Source: Picochlorum sp. SENEW3 (lineage: Eukaryota). From it: a stretch of 64,000 bases of DNA. The translations under genes were made by a program, and so were the position numbers. The notes under the pieces are model-generated. The model did no database searches, had not been told where the DNA came from, and was given only the letters and a program-made list of their open reading frames with translations. The DNA lies in the NCBI GenBank assembly GCA_034226945.1, contig CP120456.1, positions 186,001-250,000 of the forward strand, read 5' to 3'. Of this stretch, positions 56,904 to 64,000 are shown in pieces (positions within the stretch are counted from its first letter, which is position 1; each line of letters opens with the position of its first letter).

Positions 56904-58520
56904 TTACAAGTCACCATAATCTAACATTGATCTATTATTCTGAGGGGCATCAAGGTCGAAATAGCCACGTCCTCCTCGGCCACCTCGTCCGCCACGCCCT
57001 CCTCCTGGTACAGGCATGAGCATGACTGGTGTCACACCACCCCGGCCACCAGAAGACATCAGTAGCTGACCACCCATCATGGAGGGGTCAATGTACATCA
57101 TTTGATTTCTCCCGCCACCCCTGCCGTGGCGGCCTCCTCCTCGGCCCCCGCCTCTACCACCACCTCTCTTGCTTTCCCTGTCCTTGACCGATAAATAATT
57201 TTCCCTGTAGATAGTATCCAATATTCTCTCCTTTTCTGCTTCAAGCACATGCGCGTGTTTATTTTTGATGTGCTTCACAACAAACTCGCGAGCAACGAAT
57301 AATTTGTTGCTTAATTTGTTGCCCCATTTGTTTTCCTCATGCTTGACAATCTGACTGTCGATGAACTTTTCCAACTCTTGTTCAACCTTATCATCCTTTA
57401 TCATCTTCATCACCGGAGAACCTTGGGATATTCTATTGGCCCAACGTTTGCATATTTTTGTCTCGTGAGTCTTCAAATCCCTCAGTGATGCCTTGTACTC
57501 TTCTTGCTCCTTTGACTCGCCCTCAGCCTGTGCTGACTCTTGTGGGCGCACTATTCTCTTTGCAATCTTACGCGAATAATCTTGCTCAAATCCATATTCT
57601 TTGCACCCATAATAGTCAACTCCATGCACAATCCACAGATACTGCATCAAATCATCCAGCTGCTTCACATCAAAGGAGTCATCATCCACAGCATACGCAG
57701 CAAGCGCTGCCTCTTCATCCTCCTCCTCCTGTCCCTTTTCTTGGTCTTTCATCTCTTTATCTCCCTCTACTTCCTCATCCTGCTCCATGGGCTCACCCTC
57801 ATCCTTCTTCTCGTCCTGCTCTTCTTCTGGCTCAACCTCTCCTGCTGGAACAAACGGATTCTCCTCCAACCCTACTTCAGAATCCAACTTTCTAATCAAT
57901 CGTTTCGCCGTCTTAAAATCCATATACTGTGCCCTCCTATCATTCGCCACAGGAAACGCCATTCTAAAATCCTCTGGCTTTCCATCATCCGACAGATCCA
58001 CATCATCCCCTATATCCACATACGCATACGGCCCCAACGGAATCTTCCTTCCAGAAGGAATACCTTTCTCCGCCACAAACCCAGCCGCTGCCTTGACACT
58101 ATCCTTCTTCTTCTCCACACACACTTTGATCTCTCGAGGATCGTACCTCTGCCTGAGCGCTGGATCATTCTTCTTCCGCTCAAACTCCGCCTTCGTCTCA
58201 TTTCCATAAAAATCAGCCAAATATCTATCATATTCTGATTTTGCATACTCGGGAGACGCATCGTTACGCAAGCCCCCCATAAATTCTCTAAATGTCATTG
58301 GGGCCTGACGACGGTCACCCCCGTGGTACGGCCTCCCTCGCCCTCCACGCCCACCTCTGTAGTCATCATCCCTACGAAATCGTTTATTTCCATAAGAAGA
58401 GGGCGAAGGACGCCGTTCTCTGTCAAATGGTGGAGACCTGCTCCTCTGCCGACCTCCTCTTCCACCCCCATATGGAGAGTTCGGCGAACCACGCCTTCGA
58501 CCACCTCCACTATAGTCCAT
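56904..58520 (-). CDS. SRRT: SERRATE/ARS2 RNA effector homolog
   Basis: MTFREF, YLWIVHGVDYY, KLF..EFV.KHI.NKH and YFDLDAP motifs; RS/RGG-rich termini. Confidence 0.88.
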   Translation of the reverse strand: MDYSGGGRRRGSPNSPYGGGRGGRQRSRSPPFDRERRPSPSSYGNKRFRRDDDYRGGRGGRGRPYHGGDRRQAPMTFREFMGGLRNDASPEYAKSEYDRYLADFYGNETKAEFERKKNDPALRQRYDPREIKVCVEKKKDSVKAAAGFVAEKGIPSGRKIPLGPYAYVDIGDDVDLSDDGKPEDFRMAFPVANDRRAQYMDFKTAKRLIRKLDSEVGLEENPFVPAGEVEPEEEQDEKKDEGEPMEQDEEVEGDKEMKDQEKGQEEEDEEAALAAYAVDDDSFDVKQLDDLMQYLWIVHGVDYYGCKEYGFEQDYSRKIAKRIVRPQESAQAEGESKEQEEYKASLRDLKTHETKICKRWANRISQGSPVMKMIKDDKVEQELEKFIDSQIVKHEENKWGNKLSNKLFVAREFVVKHIKNKHAHVLEAEKERILDTIYRENYLSVKDRESKRGGGRGGGRGGGRHGRGGGRNQMMYIDPSMMGGQLLMSSGGRGGVTPVMLMPVPGGGRGGRGGRGGRGYFDLDAPQNNRSMLDYGDL

Positions 58521-58760
58521 TATACATATATTGGAATGTAATTGAGCCCGTTACATCGTCCTCACACCCTTGGGCTGACATCAGGGAGACTTGGCCAAAC
58601 TAATTCAGCAATTATTTAATGTTTTAATTACAGTCGACTCCGACCCGGAAACACGACGTCATTGACTTGGAAAGCACCGGTCAAGACCCTGCATCGTTTT
58701 AAAAAAATACCTGGTATTGTATCAAAGGAATTCAACTACTACTACAAAGCTCCTGTCGTC

Positions 58761-59603
58761 ATGGTTCTTGCGTCGAAAAGTCTTGACTCAGAGCAGCACA
58801 TAGAGCACACCCTTGTGGTTACAAATGCGGCTGTGTTGGCATTGGATGAGATACAAGAGACTGTATTGGGTGATTCTATAGTTGGCAAAGGGCGTCGTCG
58901 GGTGGATGTGATGACGGGTGCATTGCGAGTGTACGAGTCTCGTCGAATCGAGGTACCATATGATTCTGTGGTGGTATATGTAGAGAAACCTGGGAATTAT
59001 GGCCATGTGACAATGACGAGGGAAGAAAAGAGGTCGCTGATTGTTGCTGGTTTGAAAATGACGAGGCCAGGTGGGTTGTTTGTGGTGGTGGATCATGGGG
59101 GTGATGAGGGATTGAAGCATATGTTGGTCATGTCGGGGTGCACATCGGTGTCATGCGAGGAGAAGGAGCGTTCTATGGTGGTTGCCACGGGGAGAAAGTT
59201 TGAGAAGAAGGAGGCATCTGCGATTCAACTGAATCTTGGTGGTGGGTCAACGGCGTGGAAGGTGAATGCTGATGATGAGGACGAGGAGTTGATCGATGAG
59301 GATGATTTGTTAGTAGAAGATGATGATATGGCGGGTGTTGTGGAGGCGGCTCCTGTGTCTGGGACTGGGCCTGCGGTGAAAAAGGCGTGTGCAAACTGTA
59401 CATGTGGGCGGGCGGAAGGCAAGATGACCAAGCTGACAAAGGATATGATTGAGAATCCGCAGTCTGGATGTGGTAGTTGTGCATTAGGGGATGCGTTTCG
59501 ATGTGCGGGTTGTCCTTACAGAGGGCTTCCTGCGTTTGAGATGGGTAAAAAGATTGAGTTACCTCCAGACTTTTTAGTCGATGACTTGGCAGACTTGCAA
59601 TAA
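58761..59603 (+). CDS. DRE2: Anamorsin/Dre2 cytosolic Fe-S assembly factor
   Basis: Methyltransferase-like N-domain, LIDEDDLL linker, [10 protein letters not shown] and [25 protein letters not shown]. Confidence 0.93.
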   Translation: MVLASKSLDSEQHIEHTLVVTNAAVLALDEIQETVLGDSIVGKGRRRVDVMTGALRVYESRRIEVPYDSVVVYVEKPGNYGHVTMTREEKRSLIVAGLKMTRPGGLFVVVDHGGDEGLKHMLVMSGCTSVSCEEKERSMVVATGRKFEKKEASAIQLNLGGGSTAWKVNADDEDEELIDEDDLLVEDDDMAGVVEAAPVSGTGPAVKKACANCTCGRAEGKMTKLTKDMIENPQSGCGSCALGDAFRCAGCPYRGLPAFEMGKKIELPPDFLVDDLADLQ

Positions 59604-59715
59604 GTACCATTGTTCCTACACACTTACTGATAATTACAATTTCACCATGTATTTAATATATATACACACATATATGTGGTGTGGCCCCGCACTCGTTTTA
59701 TTCATCGATTGCTCA

Positions 59716-61954
59716 TCATCCACCCATGACTGGGTCAACGACACTCTTATCACCTCCACTCAGGCCATGCTTGATGTTGTAGTCCATGCAAAGAGATTCC
59801 AACTCATCCATCTTTTCGGAATGCCTGTGCGAGAACCCTGCGATGACGATGAAAGCGATGAAATGGAGTGCCAAGGCGTATATGACGATTGCGGATCGGG
59901 CAATCTTACTGCCCGAGACAAAAGCTGATCCAACAGCATAGGCTGCACGGTCATGAATTGGCAGCTTGCGACGACGTGCCTCTCTCTCACGAGCTCGAAA
60001 GTCGTTGAATGGGTTCATCTTGTTCTCGTACTCTTTCATATACTTTTCTATCGATGCGCCTCCTTTCTCGATATCGCTGGTGGTTTTGGAGCCTCTTGAA
60101 ATGTAGCCCTCTACATACTTGAGCCGCTCAACCAGAGCAATATTGTCCTCTTTGGCATTCTTGGACGCCTCCTTTGCATGATGTAGTTCGATTCGAAGAT
60201 CTGATATCTCGCCTTCGAGATCGCTCACACGTTTTTTCAATCGATCTCGCTGAGCGCCAAGAGCATGTATCATCGATTTGTTTTCAATGCCACTTGTAGT
60301 CCTCTCAATACCGCTGCTGGACTGGCTGCCATCGCTTTGCTCGGGTGCTGCTGTTCTCGTCGCGAGCTCCAAGTCCTCCTCCAATTGTGCTATCAATTCT
60401 TCTTTCTGACTAATATGATCTTGTAACTCTTGTATCTTTCCAGTCGCGGAGCTGAGCGAGTCTTTTGATTCAGCAAGCTGCATTCTGAGGAGTGTCAGAT
60501 TGCTCTCAAGTTTCTGGTTCTTCTCCAGCAGTGCAGACTCCATGCTGGAAATGTGTAACATCTCTGATTTCTTCGACTCATCTTCTTCATTATCATCTTC
60601 ATCTGCAGCAGAATTCTGTAGGATTGCCTTGAGCATTCGAATCTGCTGCTTGCTTTCTCTCAACTCTTCTTGACTTGGTCTGCTCATGAGTTGAGCTTCC
60701 AGTGCATTAATGTGGGATTCTTTTGCTTCAAGATTCGTCTGCAAACCATATATTTTAGATTCGAATGTATCTTTGTCCCTTTGGTGGGCTAGAGAAACAG
60801 ATTCGACTTCCTCACGAAGCTTGAGAATGTAGTCTCTTTGTGACTTGATTTCATCATGGAGTGCCTTTGTTTGGGTATCCTTTGTATGACCCCCTCTCGC
60901 CTTCACATCCTCAGGCTGAGGAGATTTCATCTTTTCTAGTAATGTATCTCTTTCTGTTGATAATTCTGCCAGTCGCTGCTCAGCCCGCTCCACTTCTGCC
61001 ATGGCAAGCTCGCTTTCTGATCGAGCAGCAGCTGCCACTTCCTCTCCCTTTTCTTGAGCGGCCAATAATTGAGCCTGCGTACTCGCATGTAACCTTTTAA
61101 TTGTCTCTAGAGCACTTTGCGCCCTAGAAAGCTCTTTCTCTAATCGTTCTTCTCGTAAGCGAGCTTCATCAGCAGTCCGTGCTTCCAGTTCTGCATCTGC
61201 TGCTGCTCGTGCCTCTTCAACTTCCTGCTCCTTTTCCACCAAATCTTCCTGCAATGAGCGAATTTTATCTTCCATTTTTCGAATCGTTAGATCCTGATTC
61301 TTCAGCTCCTGTGATTCTTGTTTGAATTCATCCAACTCTGTTGTGACATGAGCAAGCTTGGACTCCAGTGATGCAATTTTTGATGCAGAATCCTGCATGT
61401 ATCATTCAACCAAATAATCAGCGTCACGCAAACGCCAAAGCAAACCACGCATACAAAGCACGAACCAAGAAATTTCCGAGCAATGTTGACGGATCAGGAG
61501 CTTCCTGTAGTTTTTGAAAAATATCAAGAAAAGCACCCTCTGCAGACTTGGACCTATTGGTCAGAGCATCAACTTCCACCTGATACTTCTTCAACAGAGG
61601 GGCCACTGCTTTGAACACTTCTGGCGCAACATTCTTCTTAAAATCTACGAGGAATGATACTGGATAGACCACAATAGCACATAGCACCAAAAATGAAAAG
61701 AAAGGACGCACCTTTTGTACTCTCTGCCAATTCTTTCCTAGACTGCAAAGATGACTCTTGTCTGCCAGCTATAGCCAGCCCACGCTCATCCAAATCCCCC
61801 CGTAAACCATCTAGATCAAAATCTACAGCGCAACAAGGTACATGGTGTCAATACTAGCCGCAAAGCAACCTTGCTGCTGCTGTTGTGAGTACAAAAACAA
61901 AACCTCACCTTGCCAGAAACGACAGACGGCATCCGCTGGAATCGATTCCTCCAT
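59716..61954 (-). CDS. Golgin CASP/Coy1 (CUX1 N-terminal-like), 4 exons
   Basis: FW..DL...LD...SRKELA..TK|DFKK...LLK.YQ.EVD.LT.RSK.AE..FL, long coiled coil, QRDRLK, DNI.L.E.LKY, NPF..F and a C-terminal TM with Y...LH. Confidence 0.88.
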
Positions 61955-62405
61955 AGTACGGTATTTCGTATCCAAATGACGCAAAATTCGATCGCTGGAT
62001 TCGGAAATGAAGCCGCGTTACAGGAAGAAATCGTTGTGAACAATTCTCTGCAACCGAAACGAACAAATCACGATGGGTTGCTTTTAGAGCAATCACTAGA
62101 CTTTAAATGAATTCCATGTGCGTTTTAAGGGATTGTCAGACGGGGATACGCGTGTTCTAGACCAGTTTGAATGCCATGGCAATTCCCTATTTGGATATTC
62201 AAACTCAGAGGATATTTTCGAACGAAACGCTGCACCGGAGTTTATTTTAGTGGCAAATACTAAAAGTAATTGTGATAGTGATTTCAATTGAGCACTAGGC
62301 CGACTGAAAGCAAAGGAGCGAGAGATTGCTCTTAATTTTACAAGTTCAATTGCATTTTGCTATTAAAACGGGATTCCTAGATATTTCTCTGCTGCATTTA
62401 CGACG

Positions 62406-64000
62406 ATGGTAGCGATAGATATATATAATCGTCCTTCAGCAGAGGGGCAAGGGAAGCAGGAGCAGCAAGATGACGAGACAGTGTTGCAAGAGCTTGTGTC
62501 TCATGCTGGGAGCCGGCAGCATCTTGAGCGAGAAAAGGCGCTGCGCGCATTAGACGGTATGGCAGATCATTTTGAAGGAAAGGACGAATCGTCTGTATTT
62601 GCGGGAGTGGTGCGCAAGAGCGCGGAGAACATGTTTCGATCTGTGGAGTGGGAGGAAAGGTTGGGTGGACTCAAGGTCTCAGAGCTGTTGGTTCGGCGTG
62701 GGTTGGTAGACGACGACTTTGCTTTGAAATTATGCAAAGTATATTGCATGGATCTTCTCGAGGATTCTGAAGTGAGAGTGCGTTGGGCAGTTGGAGAACT
62801 GCTTGGGGAATTGAGCAAGGTGTGCCAGTCATCTGTGAGCAAGGGTAGCACGTTACACTGTCATGTGTGGGAGTTGACGGGGAATACGATTTTGAAAAGC
62901 ATCGAGAGAAATTATAGTCGAGATGCAGAAGATGGGGGCGAACCGTCCAGTAAAATTGCGTCCAAGGAGCATCATGAGAGTGATCCGATTGCCTCCCTCT
63001 TGCAGCAGAGTTATCAAGTTGTTGAACCAGGTAAAGGAGATATGAGGCATGGAACGGAGGGATGGAAATGCTTGGAGACGTCTTTCAGGGCTTTGAATAA
63101 TATCATGAAGGGATCAGGGGACGAGTTTCGTCAATATTTAGATGATGAGATTTTGGCTCTCGTGTACAAATCCCTCAAACACCCCAACCGCTTCATTCGG
63201 GAGATATGCCAGTTCATGCTTGGAACCGTCTGTGAGATTCTAAATGAAGATGAACTGTTTGAAAAGCACGTGGAACTCTCTGGAAGATTAGGGTTTGGAC
63301 TGAGCGATAATTGGAGCCAGGTTCGATATGCCGCATCTGTGGCAACAAGAAAGTTTGTTCTCGCAACACCTCACTATAAGGACGAGATTCTCCCCTTATT
63401 GGTTCCTCATATGTGTTTGAATAGATATTATGTGGCGGAAGGAGTGAGAACATACTCACAGGAGACATGGAGGCTTGCTGTTGGTGATGAAGGCAAGGAC
63501 TGGGTGGCACGATGTATTCAAAATGTTGTGAGTTATTATGTAGAACAGAGCGGGGCGAACAATCACGCAGTACGAGAAGCTGCTTGTGCATGTATTGCAG
63601 AGCTCATGGTCAAGGTAGATAGATCTGCTGTCTCTCCACATGTGCCCCGCTTGCTCTCTTGCCTACTCACGTGCTTCAGGGATGCATCTTGGCCAGTAAG
63701 AGATGCTGCATGCTTGGCGACAGGTCGTTGCGTATTAGCATTCCCAGATGAGAGCAGAGATATTTTAGAAAAACTCTATAATCTTTGGTTTGCTCACTTA
63801 GAAGAAAATATCTTCAGTGTGAGGGAGGATTCTGCTGTAGCCTTGGCCAATGCTGCCCGAGCTTACGGGGATGAAGCAATCACAAGAATCACGCAAAAAT
63901 TGGACGAAATGTTGCTCAAAGCGAAGAACCAAGAATCAGACAGTAAATCTCTGTCAAAACTAGAAAATGTGACGACATTTGGGGTAGCTGCTGCAAGAGC
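62406..64000 (+). CDS. HEAT/ARM-repeat protein, runs off window end (absent from ORF track)
   Basis: Frame from ATG 62406 with no stop seen; HEAT signatures LLEDSEVRVR, HPNRFIRE, LSDNWSQVRYAAS, NHAVREAAC, FRDASWPVRDAAC. Confidence 0.85.
   Translation, partial: MVAIDIYNRPSAEGQGKQEQQDDETVLQELVSHAGSRQHLEREKALRALDGMADHFEGKDESSVFAGVVRKSAENMFRSVEWEERLGGLKVSELLVRRGLVDDDFALKLCKVYCMDLLEDSEVRVRWAVGELLGELSKVCQSSVSKGSTLHCHVWELTGNTILKSIERNYSRDAEDGGEPSSKIASKEHHESDPIASLLQQSYQVVEPGKGDMRHGTEGWKCLETSFRALNNIMKGSGDEFRQYLDDEILALVYKSLKHPNRFIREICQFMLGTVCEILNEDELFEKHVELSGRLGFGLSDNWSQVRYAASVATRKFVLATPHYKDEILPLLVPHMCLNRYYVAEGVRTYSQETWRLAVGDEGKDWVARCIQNVVSYYVEQSGANNHAVREAACACIAELMVKVDRSAVSPHVPRLLSCLLTCFRDASWPVRDAACLATGRCVLAFPDESRDILEKLYNLWFAHLEENIFSVREDSAVALANAARAYGDEAITRITQKLDEMLLKAKNQESDSKSLSKLENVTTFGVAAAR

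Noticed and set aside
57540..58238. Long antisense ORFs (e.g. 57540..58238, 31119..31742, 39037..39600, 11923..12408)
   Set aside because: They overlap well-supported genes and have no recognisable motifs; these are expected shadow frames.
1..64000. Prokaryotic origin or operon-type defence system
   Set aside because: Spliceosomal introns, transit peptides and eukaryote-specific genes occur throughout.

Overview
This is eukaryotic nuclear DNA from a very gene-dense genome: about 40 protein genes in 64 kb, short GT-AG introns (mostly 60-280 nt) and intergenic gaps often only 1-100 bp. Plastid-targeted genes (PPOX, cpSRP54, plastid L31, CRM and SOUL proteins) together with this compaction point to a small-genome green alga, probably a Picochlorum-like trebouxiophyte (inference). 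Most genes are housekeeping. Splicing by hand recovers genes and exons that the ORF track misses: KEOPS subunit Pcc1, a 52-aa putatively acylated microprotein, a HEAT protein running off the right end, and two upstream exons that give a TIA-1/UBP1-type RRM protein an in-frame N-terminal membrane anchor. Other notable items are an intronless secreted protein with two bacterial-type FGE/SUMF1-fold domains (HGT candidate), a likely bicistronic pair 8 bp apart, several proteins missing canonical catalytic or metal ligands, a decayed orphan ORF island at about 6.4-8.0 kb, and candidate structured RNAs. I found no rRNA, tRNA, CRISPR array or intact transposon. All family calls rest on motif recognition, not database searches.
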